From Bispira polyomma (Eukaryota), in assembly GCA_965649765.1 (NCBI GenBank), contig OZ287756.1, positions 64,046,001 through 64,110,000 of the forward strand: a DNA stretch of 64,000 nucleotides, written 5' to 3'. Made by a program: the position numbers and the translations under genes. Below, piece by piece: positions 1 through 13,165 of this stretch (position 1 is its first letter; each line of letters begins with the position of its first letter). Under the pieces are notes generated by a model. The model did not search any database. It was given only the letters and a program-made list of their open reading frames with translations, and was not told the DNA's origin.

Positions 1-1044
1 AAGTAACATATTTTTTTTGCAGCAGACAATCTCTTGAAGTTAAACGACCTAACAATGGGTTCTTAGAGTAGTCCAGTCTACTGCTAACAAGTCTGTAAAC
101 CCCCTTGGTAGCATTAATCCTGGATACATGCTTTTTGATCATTCTAATAGCCCTGATTTTGTCATAACATCATCTGCCTATAGCTTTAACATGTTTAGTG
201 AAGGAAAAGTCAAATAGAACACCCGGATTTCTCACAACATTTATTGGCGGCCCAGTCCATAAAACCAAGTGATGTGGATTGTGAGGACATATGTAAAACC
301 ACTTTTTACAATAAAAACAACTTTATTTAAAACATTGGTTTTTGGGCAGACACTAACAATTACAATACATCAACGTTAGCACTACTGTAGTGGGTTAGTT
401 AGAACACTTTTTACATAAATTTGCGGACAACTTTAGGTTACCTTATCTTAAGCCTAATTTCTTAAAGGCTACCATACCCTGTACTTAAGCCTATCTGCAA
501 CCTGAACTAGAGGTGAGCTATGCTTCTACCCCATTATAAAGTAGGTAAGCTGAACCTAAGCTAGGAAGCCCAAAATAAATAAAGATGAGTATACTACTTA
601 GGAAACTAACTATGAAGTGTACCTAGACTTGCCTACCCTTAAAACATTTAACGTTACAACTATTCAATTCTTGCATTTTAAATCCCTATATGGGATATTT
701 GTTTAACCTAAAGTTCCAGTGCCGTGAAAGGCTTACAATTTTAAAGTTGTACTAAAAACCTCTAATTTCTATCAACAAACTCCCAGATTGCGTAAATATG
801 GGGCCTTATATAGACAGTAAATTTTGCGGGAACTCTGCAGACAGTTCAATCAACCGAAGATCTCACAGCCCATGCACAAGACAGTTCAGCTCACAGCTCA
901 CAGTGTTTAATATGATTACCTTGGACAAATGAATGAACTAGCCTAGTACCTAGCCTTACTTAAGCTGTAACTTTTATTCCTATATGTACTGACCTATATT
1001 GCTATTACATACCCATATATTTTCAGAGAAGGCTCTAAATCCAG

Positions 1045-1286
1045 GGCCCGTATTCTCGAATGTATACTCAGCTTAAACTCATACTCAACTCAAATCTGGA
1101 TTCTCTATAACTTGGGATACGGTAAATATATCTAAAATCTGACTTGATATTTGAATTCAGGGTTAAAAGCTCTATTAAAATGAATGGTCACAAGTATAGG
1201 TTACTTCCATGTACAATGATTTCCACATGGCCTATATTTGAGTTGAGTATGAGTTTAAGCTGAGTATACGTTCGAGAATACGGGCC
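1045..1286. mobile_element. Harbinger/PIF-type MITE (242 bp)
   Basis: 51-bp terminal inverted repeats (1045-1095 and 1236-1286, one mismatch) beginning GGCCCGTATTCTCGAA, flanked by a 3-bp CAG duplication (1042-1044 and 1287-1289). No coding capacity. Confidence 0.85.
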
Positions 1287-1799
1287 CAGCTCTCTCAGGT
1301 TTTACAGAGGAAACAGAAAGTTGCTTTTCCCTTTCAAAGGTTGCTGAAGGAAAGACGAGTAGCAAGCTAGTAAGGGTGTCGAGAGAAATCAGCTATAAAG
1401 GTGGTTATGTGCACTTTAAACATGATTCGATAATTAATAGGAAGCAAGTGTAGTTTTTTGAGGTATGGAGTGACATCAGTAAGGATTCCCAAACGAAATC
1501 TGACTCTACATAAATAGTTTAAAATGGACAGCAACTTGTTTGTTTGGGACTTGTTATTTCCAAATAGAAGAAATGGTAGTCAAAAGAGCTACAAACAAGA
1601 GCATTCGTCACAGTGATAGCAGCATCTAGTGACAGATAATTTTTTATTCTTTTGATATCATAACTGTGATAGTAACAGAAGCGGCAAATGTTGTCCAAAG
1701 CCCAATTGACTGTAATACATCAATTCCAAGCAGTAAACTATCCAATGGTACTCTTTCCAGTCTTTAAGCTGCTAGTAAAAAACTTGAAAGCCACTTGCT

Positions 1800-2240
1800 T
1801 AAGAGTAGCAAACCAGATAAAAAATTTGTACCAGATTAGGCAGGTGCAAATACTACCCACTCATCAACCAGATAAGAGAAGCATACTCTGACATGACTAA
1901 ATCTAAAAACCCAGTCGTTAATTTACCCAAACACATCACCTGTGAAATTAATAACATTATTTATTTCAAACACTGTAAAAAATGTGATAAAAATTATGTG
2001 GGTGAGACTGGATGAGAATTTAGAAAAAGAATGTATGAACATAGATTCTCAACTAGGAACACACCTGTTTCTAGACATTTCACTTCAGATAATCACAATC
2101 ACAGTCACATGAAATTTAGTGTGTTAGAATGGTGCAAACCAAAATTTAAGAATCATGAGACTAAACGCAGGAAGTTGGAACTCTTATGGATCTTTAAATT
2201 ACACTGTTCAACACTATTAGGAATCAATCAATATGTCTAG
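1800..2240 (+). pseudogene. Penelope-like element relic, GIY-YIG endonuclease C-terminus
   Basis: In frame with ORF 2031..2240 from 1941: CEINNIIYFKHCKKCDKNYVGETG*EFRKRMYEH...PVSRHF...H...RRKLELLWIFKL...GIN. This is the Penelope GIY-YIG pattern with an internal stop. The left boundary is approximate. Confidence 0.8.
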
Positions 2241-3416
2241 ACATGGGTGTATTCTGCTACCTATAGCACTCAGGGAAGCCCTTACATATACAAAGTATAG
2301 ATATGGTGTATATTATCTATGATGATTATTTTTTAACTATGTTTCCACCGTTCAATTTGTAATATATTAGTTCATGACATTACTTACATGTTAATATAAT
2401 GTTAAAAAAAATATTTAAAAATCGTTAGAATTGAACGTAAAATGCATAAAACTGTGTACTTTAGTTGTTATTCGTGCCCCTTTATTGAAGATCTTTTGAT
2501 GATCAATCAAGTTGCGTGATAGTTTTATTTTACCATTAAAAAACCATATTTCCACAAAAAGTGCCATCAATTTTAAATAATATGTTATTGTAATTTTCAC
2601 ATGTAGCTCACATTTGAGAGCTGCTAATTTACATTATCTGTAAGTAATTTATCAGCTGCATTAAAGTATTGTGGCACTTTCAGTGAGCTATTATTATTCA
2701 ATCTCGAAACACTTCACCAATACTATGTTTGCTTACATTGACTTCCAGTTCTCTTACAGAATGATCTGAATTGTTACTAGGTTAAGTTTACCTATACCTA
2801 ATCATCCTTGTTCTATGAGACATCTTTTCATCCAAGAATATCTTTGTATATTTGAATGAAGAAATGTCTAGATATGGGTGACTCCTAATGCATTTATCAT
2901 AATTTTGGATCATGCGTTAGATTGTAAAAATCTTCTACAGTTATAGCTGTCTTGCTTTTGTAACTACAAAGGTAAAATGTCTACAAATCATTTAATAGCC
3001 TGTGGGTTGAGAGGGTAACCCATTAAAATTCATTGATCATCAGAAAAAAGTACATTTTTTTGTTCACCTAATATCGAAATAATTTTTTAGCACACAAGTA
3101 TTGAACTAAAAACTATATAAGATATATATGAGGCATATTAATCAAGTTTTGACAATTGTGTTTATGTTACTGTGGCCATAGTTTACAGCTTCATATATAT
3201 ATCACTGTGATACTGTTTATTAAGTATGTTGAATATACTTTGATTATAGAAGAAATTTCTGTATTTTTTTGCATTACAAATGGACTAAAAGTTTGCCCTT
3301 TTTAAAGATGATGATTCAATCTAATTTGAATAAACCTCAGAGAAAATTTTTTTGATCACGAAAATTGACTTATTTTCAGTTAATAATCAATATATTAAAA
3401 TGCCAGAACCTTAAAC

Positions 3417-3540
3417 ATGAGTGAACCAGTGTATGTATTCCACAGGAAAAGTAGAGACATGGCATGTACGTCTAAGCGCCTGTGGCTAACAAGTTTTACA
3501 CTTTCTACTATCCTTGTATTTATCTGGATATTTAGTCAAG
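3417..3540 (+). CDS. Carbohydrate sulfotransferase gene 1, exon 1 (cytoplasmic tail and type II TM anchor)
   Basis: MSEPV...RLWLTSFTLSTILVFIWIFSQ-G followed by GTAATT donor (phase 1). Conserved with 49352..49463. Confidence 0.75.
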
Positions 3541-3751
3541 GTAATTATGTCTGTTTGATAATAACCAAACTACAATTTCTTATTATGAAGCAAGTTGTGT
3601 CACAGCCATACACATTGTCGGTAATTTTATATGATTATTTATTTGTGGAGGCGATTCTTAAAGCGAAAAGTTTTCTTCTTGGGTAGAAAAATTTTAGGGC
3701 TGATGCAGTTGTCAGTTTTAGTAATAGTCGAATAAAAATCAAAATCAGTGC

Positions 3752-3900
3752 ACTGACTTTACACATCCAAACTTGTGATTGCAAATGACAATATTAACAT
3801 AGTTGTTTAATAATCTACAGTTCTAAACTTCACTGGCTTCCTATTCACTGTAGAAAAATCCTGTTTAAAATGCATGTAACCATTTTTAAAGCTGTTGTCT
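3752..3900 (+). repeat. 149-bp direct repeat, left copy
   Basis: Matches 13166..13314 with one visible substitution. The two copies bracket the 9.3-kb insertion. Confidence 0.9.
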
Positions 3901-4739
3901 TTGATACCTGTGTATATACTATTGACTATTAATTTAGATGTAGAGATATATTAGTAGACTAGATCTTAATATGATCGTATAATGAGGGGATATGTCCCTT
4001 TATCAGATTTCAGGCAAGCATGTACACAAGACTCAAAGTATGAGTACAAAACACCACTGTAGTCGTGACTTCATCTATAGTGTCCAGAACGTCTGTGTGA
4101 TCAATCCCAAATATAGTTAGATAGCACAACATGAATAGTTCCAGAGACTTAACGAAAATTAAAATCACAAACAAAATAAAGTAAAAAATAAAAATGGCGG
4201 TGTCGCCCTTTGGACTTCAATACTAAAAGTGATATCCCAACGAAAACGGCGGGAAGACAGGGGTCAATTAGTGGAAAGTTCACCAATTAGCTTAGGGGTT
4301 AAGACCCTGGACTAAACAAATTACTGGCAGCACTGATCTAGCTAGCCCCTGCGGGTCTATCTCTCATAATAATACATACACTGTCTTTATTTAAATATTT
4401 TCTAATGGCCTTCCACAGGTTATTATTTGACAAAGTCCAACCATTAACATTTAATATTTTGGCTCCTGTGCGATATTCCATTTAGGAGCTAGTGTAAAAG
4501 TGTACCAAAATTTAACTCTGCTAGACGTTCACCATGGGGTTTGGAGGACCTCAGAAAAACTCTTCGAAATTCTCGGTGGTCAGTCAGGTTTCTCTTATTT
4601 CTTAAATGTAAAATTTTGTCGAAGACCATCTCTAACACAATTTTACAAGTCTAGGGTATTAATTTCTACTAGTTAGCTGTTTGGCTCTAACTGTTTGCAT
4701 ATCTGGAATTCTAGCACCTTCCTGAATCAATGTTTTTCC

Positions 4740-6190
4740 AATTTTAATTATAAAACTAGAAATATTATTATATTTATTAAAAACATTTCATCAATTGTAT
4801 CAATTTGGGTCCAAAATTTAATATTTTTCACAGCTTAATGCAAAAATCTACAATGCTGTCCATTGTTTTTTCAAAATCAATATAAAGCAAAATTCCTTCT
4901 AAATTGTTTTGTTTTGTGTAGTCCATCAAATTTTGTATAATTTAGATACTATCAAATATATTGCTCTTTCTAACAAGCCATGTTTAATCTTCATTGATAA
5001 TATATGGCAAAACATTTTTCAGTTGTAAAAGGGTGCCTTTAATCTAATTTTTTATCTACATTTAATAACGAGATTGGACGAAAATTTTATTTTTTTAGTC
5101 TTAGTCTTTTTTCAGTCAATGTAATAATAGCTTGACACAGCCACAGAAAGTTTACCATATTCAAATGCATAGTTTTACGAATCAGTACCACAAACTTTAG
5201 CCTAATTTACAACAAGGTGTGGCAATGGATTTTGCTCCAATTTGAGTTCAATTTCATTTAATTTTCTTATTAGTTCTGTTTCAGTGTTTGTAATTTTTTG
5301 TTTCTTTTTAGAGGTGTGATTTAGAGTAAACTTCCTGATTTCTTAGTTTATAATGTCCCACAAAATTCTATTATCTTCAATGTTTTTGTACTTCTTACTC
5401 TACACATTTATAGCATTTGAAATCTGATTTATAAAGTCCCAATCATCCAATAAAGAACAAAGAACAATTGAACTTCCAAAATCCATTACCACCTTGTTTT
5501 TTCTACTATATCTTAAAGTTTCAATATTATAATCGAATGATCAGAAAAACACCAGATGTGATATCAACCATTGTAACTATATCCTAAATATTGGTTTAGT
5601 TTAACCAGAAGTCTTACTTACATTGAATTATAGGCCATTTTTGTCGCCATGTAAACCTTTTACTAACATGGTTTAATATTCTCCAAATATCTTGCATGTC
5701 ATATTGTACTTTAATTTTGTTGAAGAATTCAAGGGACCCTGTTTAGCTAAACATTTGCATGACATTACAATCACCTCCCAGTATAATTTTTTTATCTACA
5801 TTTATATTTTGTATCTGGGAGGAAACACTGAAATCCTCCAAAATTAAACTTGATCCTTTTGCTTATTCGGGGCATATATGTTGATAACAATACAATTTGT
5901 CATTTAAAGTCAAAACACATAAAATGAACCGTCCATCTTTATCTTCATAACAACTCTAAATTTCAACATCAATAACTCTTTTTAATAATACCATTACCCC
6001 TTTGCCATGATTTGTACCATGAGCATAAATGATATAATTACCCCATTCATTTGTCCATCTGAACTCAAAAGAACTTCTTCCTTATTGTAGGTTTCGTGAA
6101 GTAATATTACATCCAAATGTGTATCTTTTATAAATCTGATAACAGATTTCTTTTTAATTTAATCATTAATACTTTGTACATTTCATGACA
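4740..6190 (-). pseudogene. Degenerate L1/Tx1-type ORF2 relic (APE and RT), duplicated copy
   Basis: Reverse complement of 25200..26650, which carries the APE and RT remnants. Boundaries approximate. Confidence 0.6.
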
Positions 6191-6890
6191 TGAATGAAAT
6201 ATCATAGGCAATTCCAATACACACAACACTAGTTTTATAAAACAATAGTTTAGTCCTGTACACAAATACACAGTACAAAATACCACATATAAGTAGACCA
6301 AAAAAATTACAACAATAATATTTTTCAACCCTAAAAGTGAGGAGAAAAACCACCAAAAAACATATAACACAAAAGCCTGTTTTAAGAGGCTTCTGAGAAC
6401 TTAAGTTCTTAATAAAAAATGTTCTCCATATATCAATAATTAAGTTTATGTTTAAATTATCTTTTTTATGTTAAATCTCAAATTCGCTTATCCTGAGATG
6501 ATTTGAAGATAGTTCTAGTCAGATGTTATAAACATTAAAGTGGCTATTTACTTAACCTTTACTATTTCAAAAATGACCACTGTATGTCTGTTTGTTGGAA
6601 GTATTGTTTTCAAAATTTTACAGTAAACATCTCTTATTGTAGTTTCTTTCGTTTATCCATAATTTTGATTACTCATGGTTATCTAATAAATTGTTCATAA
6701 GATAAATAACTATTTTGGGATATGTATTGTTCAAGAAAATGAATCTTTTTAAATTGTTGACATTTAAAAATTAAAAAAAAAAACAATTCTGCATATTTGT
6801 GCCTAACATAACCTGCTTTTGTGTATGCTGTAACTTGTCCCATTGGAATTGAATGCATCTGGCTATAGAAGTCAACAATTCACCAAAAGA

Positions 6891-8450
6891 CTATTTTAAA
6901 ACTTCATGATATTCCAATACATTCTGAATTTGGGTTTTAGGCATCCTACATACCCATCCGATACATTTAGTGGGATTTTTGCATGCACAACCAGAAAATA
7001 ACGACATCCTTTATTCTGAATTTATTAACATAATTTGAGTGTGAAAACCCCCCATATACCACTACAGTAGTCTGTTATAGGTATGATGCCAATTTCATAT
7101 AATTTGGAAAAAAAATTTAATCCAATATTTTCATATTGTTTAAATTTTGATATTAATCCACCTTGTGCTCGCCCACCAGTTACTGAGAGTTATTTTGAGT
7201 TACTTCATAATCTAGATTTTCATGCAAAGATACACCTATATACTTGTATAATTAACAATCTCAAGATTTGATGAACCGGTAACACATTTACAACAAGACT
7301 GTGGTTTTCGCTTTTACAGAAATGTACTATTTGATTTTTTGATTTGTTTATTAAGAAATGCCATTTTCACACCACTGATTCAGTTTAGTCAGTAAAAGCT
7401 GTAATTGTTCTTCGTTTAATTACAATCCCTAAGTCTTTTATAAAAATTCCAAACAATGCTGGGGACAAATTGTCACCTTGTATTAAACCTTAATTTACCA
7501 CAAACCAGTTACTAAGTGAGTTGTTCAGCTTAATACAAGACTCATAACAATTATATAAAGAGTTAAATGCACAATACAATTTACTTGTTATGTTATGGTT
7601 AAGAAGTTTGTACATTAATAAATCTTGGTTTACCCAGTCATTTTTTTTTTTTTTTTTTTTGTTTTGCATAATAATGAAAGCAACAAATATATCTCTGTTA
7701 TCATTTAATTATCTTCTAATAATTTTACTAAGTGCTAAATTGTGATTTTCACAAGATTTACCTTTGCGGAATCCATTCTGCTCATTGCATAATAAGCCTA
7801 CATTTTTGCAATAATTTATTAGAAGGTTATTCAATAATTATGAGTGTACTTTACTAACATGTGGAAGTAGCGAAACCCCTTTGTAAGAGGAAGGTGTGTA
7901 CGGATATTTTAATGAACTTTTTAAAATGGGTGTTAGAATGGCCTTTGACCAATGTGATGGGACTTTACCACAGGAAAAGTTAAACGAAAAGTTGGCAGTG
8001 TTTATCTTTGAGAACTCTATTCTAGATTTGATCAAAACCACAACCCTTGTTCGTGTTTGATGTATCAATAACCTTTCTTACCTCCTCATATGCCATATGT
8101 CACCATTTATGTATTTATTAGCATGATTGAAATTTACAGTGTTTTCCAAATTTATTTTATTATTTAACAGTGCAATGATATTGTCACCTGTTGACAATAG
8201 TAAAACAAATGTATCAGAGACTTTTTATAACGACAACATAACCAACACTTATCATTTGATTCAATCGTCATTTTATGTCATAATTTTTTAGTTCCCAAGC
8301 AACTGTATATTACTTTGTATTGGAACCAAATATATGTGTTTTCAGTGACCACATTAAAGCAGGCTATAAATATCCAAATTCAACTCATTATTAATGTGCT
8401 CACGTTACACATGTGCATACCTTTTAATTAAAAAAATACAGTGTAGTTGT
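6891..8450 (-). pseudogene. Degenerate non-LTR retrotransposon RT relic, duplicated copy
   Basis: ORF 7838..8068 contains GKVPSHWSKAILTPILK...YKGVSLL (RT N-terminal region), followed by a QNGFRKGKSC remnant. Retains about 890 bp that are missing from the source copy. Confidence 0.65.
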
Positions 8451-9240
8451 TTTGTTGTATTTTTTTCTGATGCAGATGGAAGCGAGTAGTGTGCAAATGT
8501 TATTCTGATTTTTTGTTATTTTTTAAAAGAATGTCTGAATCGTTTTTTATTTTTCCAATATATCATACTGTGTGTGATGGTATAATTAACCCCTGATGGA
8601 GGGTTGCTACCCTCGCCATCCCAGGGTCTTTCAACTTTGTTGAAAAAGGTTAAATAAAAATCATATTGGGGAAAATCAAAATTTAAAAAATCAAAAACAA
8701 CACTGGACCATTTATACTTTTCTATCTCAATTACATGATCACTTGATCAATGAGTTTCAGTGCCCTAACAGTGAAGTTGGGAGTTGATTTGGAACACAAT
8801 AAAAGAGGCAAAGTGGGGATATTAGTTTTAATGACTATATTAATCTCTAACATTTATTCATATACTGAGTAAAGGGGCCACTCTAGCATTACGAGTTTAA
8901 GTGGATGAGATAAGGTGACCTTAAATTAAGGGACCGAAAAATTAAGTTAAAGATAAGGTGACTTTAAATTGTGAACAACTTAAGGTGACCATAAAATTTC
9001 GAAAAAGTAAGGTAGCCTAAACTTTACAATGAGGCTAGCTTAAAGTGTGTAAGATTTTGAATTTAAGGTGACCTTAACTTTTTGTTTAGGTTACCCTTAA
9101 GATTTGATAACAAGTTGTGAATTAAGTTCAAGGTTTAAAAGTAGAGTGGTAAGGTGGCCCCACACTTTATTATTTAGACATTTAACAGTTGTATAATATA
9201 TAGTAAGGAATAAATGTAAATAAAGAACCCCAAAGCCCAA

Positions 9241-10252
9241 CTAGGTGGTAGTGGAGTGTGAAAGGAGAGTCTGGAAAGCCAAGACCACCTGCTGGGAAGC
9301 ATTATGGTCTTGGATTATATATTTCCAGACGCAATCCGACGTCCAGGTGCCATGACTCTGTATATCTTGAATAGGGACATTACTGTTGAAAGCGAGGGTG
9401 GCACCAGAACGTTGGAAGGTATGGAAGGTAATATTAGAATGTTGTAGTCCCAAACGCTGGAGTATGCTCGACAGGTTGGCTCGAACTCAAGTATCAGTCA
9501 ATGGTATCCAGGTATTGTTCTTCTTAAACTGGAAAAGAGGGGAGTCTCTATGGCCTGGTGTAATGGCTAGCAAGGCCCTAACTGCTGAAACTGGGCAGAG
9601 GGGGGAGGAAAGTAAGGTAGGAATTTTTATTACCTTGGCAGTATTTTTGGACTGCAGTGTCTTAGCCCACTTTATTATGAGGTGGAGGCCGGGAGGTGCG
9701 AAAATGACGTCACCTCTGGCCAATTGAACTAGGGGAGAAAAATGTGAAGCTGCATGGGGGACCAGCTTAGAGATCCTGAGGAAAGAGAAGAATGCTGTCA
9801 AATACAATGCCTTGAAAACCTGGCCCATGTACATTGTGTCACAGGATTGGATGATTTGGGTAAGAAGGGGGTATATCAATAATTCTTTTTATTTTGCCCC
9901 CGAAGGGGCTATTAAGCAAGAGTGATTTTTGGTAATACCTGATTCTGGGGTCAGAGAAAGCAGAAACGTTTAGGCCAAATAACGCCATCTTGGCTTTAAT
10001 TGCAGAAAGGTAGTTTGAAATGGAGGAAGCAGAAGCGTGGTTAACCACTAGCACTTCCAAAAATGATAATAATACAAGTGGGGAAATATGGTTGGTATTT
10101 ATATGTGCAAAACAGCAATAAGCTAGGAAAATTCTAAACATGTTGGAATAGGCTTTCTCAGTGGAGGGTCTGAAGGCCTGGTGAGCCCTGTGTGATGCTT
10201 GCGTGGCTATCTGTCCGAGGTGAGAGGGCACATCTACAATTAGATAGACCAA
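9241..10252 (-). pseudogene. DIRS-type tyrosine recombinase, disrupted
   Basis: Three ORF pieces containing RPSTEKAY, AFFSFLRISKL, KWAKT, FHTFQRSGAT, HGTWTSDCVWKYI. One frameshift and a stop after PLTDT. Confidence 0.9.
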
Positions 10253-10254
10253 TC

Positions 10255-12758
10255 TATTTTAAGCATACTATTACTGATTTTTACCCATTGTCGATTAGGG
10301 ACTAGGCTTGTAAGTTTTTTTATTTCTATCCTGGGTCAGTTTCCATCTGGACAGCAAATCTGCCACATGATTATCTCTACCCAGAATGTGAATGGTTCTT
10401 AAGCTGATGTCAACAGCAGCTATTTCCATAAAGATGTTTCTGGCTATAGCTGCGAGTGTTAAGTCTTTAGTTCTACCCGAACCCAAGATTGTTACGACTG
10501 CTGCATTATCACACTGAATTACCAGTCTTTTGCCTGCCCATAGGGACTTCCAGGCCCGTACAGCTAATAATATGTTGAGCATTTCTAAATGCACAATAAT
10601 AAAGTCAAGGTAGCCCAGGGGAAGGGAATACTCATATACTTGGTCATTACACCTGCCCCCGAGTCCTTCAAGACAAGCATCCAATTGGATGCAGTCAGTG
10701 GTTGGGTCATGCTCGAAGAATGCAGTTCCATTGAACACAGGCAGAAATTTATTGAACCAGTTGATATCTTGTCTAAATTCAGTTGTGAGTGTGATTTTTT
10801 TGCTATTACCTGCTACTCTAAGGACGTCTAACATACGGTTTATGAAGACATGTGATACTCTGACACACTTTGAAACGTACAGTAGTTTACCTAGAAGTGA
10901 TTGGAGTTCCCGTTTGGTACAACTTGGTTTTTTCTGCCAATCTTTAACTAGGGCGATGGTTTCTGCTAGTTTTTCTTGGGGCAGTGATACAGTAAAGTTT
11001 TCCGTGTCTACCAAGACCCCGAGACATGTAACTTTTGTACCAGGATATACTAGTTTCTTTTCACTTATTGCAAAACCTAGTTCTTGTAGCAAGTGGTGCA
11101 ATGTATTAAATGAACGTCTGCTCTCTTGGGCGTTATCGTAACCGATTACGTCGTCTATGTAGTTAGTGACGTCATAACCCTGGGATTTCATAATGTATCT
11201 GACGCCATTGCTGAGGTGTTGAAAAATGGCCCTCCCATGACGAAATCCAAAGGGGAGGCAAGAGTCCACATAGTATTTGTCAAATTTGAGGCCTAGCAGG
11301 TGGAAGTCAGCGGGGTCCATCTTTACGTGACGGAACGCCCGACTGATGTCAATCTTATATATGTGAGTACCACGACCCAGGCGCCGAATTTTGCTGGTTA
11401 CTGTGTCAATCGTGGGAAGTGTGAGTACAAAAGGTGTGTTTAAATATCTGTCCTTTGCTACAGTAGTGTTACTGACTCACCGTGTGAATAACTTAAGTCA
11501 ATAATAACCCGCCTGTGAGAGGCCCCCAGTTTTTCCCTCATCATAAATGGGGACACATGGAGGTTCTGTATGGGAGCATTATCAAACGGCCCTAACATAG
11601 CCCCAAATTTAATTTCCTCTTTCAAATAGGCCTCAATGTCACTAGGGAAATCTACCGCTGATCTGTGGTTTTGTTCTACATGGGAGAGAGGACTGTCTCG
11701 CTTAATGTCCATGGGGAAACCATATCTGACTAAAAAGGGTAGTTGGGAATCCCAATAATTATATTTTTTGAGGTATTTTTCCCAGACATCAGGTTTAAGT
11801 TCTGACTTGATCTCAATTTGAGGGCCTATAAAGTTGGGACATTTAGCTGAACTAATAATAGTATGTAACTCAATTAATGTAGCCTGTGAGGTAACCCCTT
11901 TATCTGACTGAAGAACCTCAATTTCACCTAATGGAATAAAGCCATACTTGTCTGTTGTCTGTGAATTCCATTGCTGGAATATGGGGACATTATGGGCATC
12001 CCTTATAAGGTCCCTGTGTTTAGGTCTAAGTTGGAGTTCTAGATCATATTTGTCAGCCTCCAGTGTACTTGTTTTACCTATGGGAGTTTTGGGTGAGCCC
12101 TTGCTTTTGCCTTCGCTGAGGCCTTTTGTTTCTTTCTCAGTATCAAGAGGTTTTGTTATGGGAATATTCCCATTGTCAATTACACCATGCCCCACAGAAA
12201 GAGGGGAAACCTATTGTATGTGGGGACAAAATCTTTGGCACCTTCTCGCAGGTGTGAAACAGGAGGAGGAGGCTTTGTATAATAATGTGTTTTCACACCT
12301 TTTCCCCCATCCCCATTATTGCAAGTTTTTGTTGCTTTTCCCATACTGACAGATTTCACACCAATTATAGGGGAAGGGACAATGGTACGTGATTTACCCC
12401 TAGCAACCACTTTGATTACCTGTTTGCTGACAGAGCTGTCAGACTGTCCTGAAAGGTTGGTAAAACATGCATGGTTAATACTTTTTTGTGAAACAGTACT
12501 GTTTTTCATTGTTACATTACACATAGGAAATTTCACATTTTGGTTAGTATCTGAGTCGTGTGCACTGGGGGACATATGTTTTCCCTGATTTTGTTTTGAT
12601 TTACCATTTTTTAAAATGTCCGCACAGGATTTTTTTTTTAACCGAGCCCAGTCTGTCCTCCAGTGCGCACTGGCTTGAATGTTAGCAAAAATGTTATATA
12701 CAATTCTACCATGAAATTGTTTTTCACTATACCTCTCAGTACAAAGTTCATTGTTCAT
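10255..12758 (-). pseudogene. DIRS-type pol: N-terminal extension, reverse transcriptase, RNase H (frameshifted)
   Basis: SPFMMREK..RRVIIDLS, LPFGFRHG, NYIDD, LQSLLGKL, LDACLEG, HLEMLN, CDNAAVV, NHVADLLSR. Confidence 0.9.
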
Positions 12759-13165
12759 TGTTTTATCATTGAAAACTATGTTTTCACTCCACCTCGTGCT
12801 TTTGTCAGAATAACCTTAATCACTATGACTTGATAAGGGCACTGCATTGCTGCAGTGCCTTACTCGTTTTTTGCATTTGTTCTGCAATCCTTTGCAGGGT
12901 GGGGAAACGACCGCCCATTCAATATACAATTACTACACACATGCAGATAAGTGGTTCTTTTAGTTTCATGGTCCCCTTTTTGGGGGCAAGTACACTTTTG
13001 GAAGAACCTGCATGGAGTACCCTTGTCATGACTTTTCCTGGAGGGGCCTTGTGTTTGACTAGAGTTTTGGCTGGAATTAATTACCCGCCTAATTCTGTCG
13101 AGTTTATGGGACTCGTCCCATGACACCTTCCCCTCTTCCATTTTACAGGATAGAACTGAAATAAA

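Larger units (their letters stand above)
3901..13158 (-). repeat. Inverted, circularly permuted segmental copy of 24496..31572
   Basis: 3900-6890 = revcomp 24496-27488; 6891-7301 = revcomp 31164-31572; about 8189-11008 = revcomp 28341-31144; 13025-13158 = revcomp 28196-28343. Near-identical ORFs appear in the track, e.g. 6128..6370(-) vs 25017..25259(+). Confidence 0.9.
8580..13158 (-). mobile_element. Tyrosine-recombinase (DIRS/PAT-like) retrotransposon family 1, copy A (5' end displaced to about 3901-4370)
   Basis: Order is gag C-terminus, pol, YR, 3' non-coding region. Several frameshifts and stops. Confidence 0.9.

Noticed and set aside
240-1030. Terminal relic of another DIRS-like element
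   Set aside because: Only short matches to 34493-34620 (GGCCCAGTCC, TTTAAAACATTG, GTTAGCA.TACT). Too weak to call without an alignment.
6128-6370. 80-aa hydrophobic ORF present twice (also 25017..25259) as a conserved small gene
   Set aside because: The identity is explained by the recent segmental copy. It has a GTG start and lies in a decayed LINE region.
8590-8630. Possible hammerhead ribozyme (CTGATGG followed by a stem-loop)
   Set aside because: The core needs CUGANGA...GAAA. Here it reads CTGATGG...GCCA, and a simple hairpin explains the sequence.
8910-9165. CRISPR-like array
   Set aside because: Eukaryotic retrotransposon context, repeats short and variable, spacing irregular, no cas genes.
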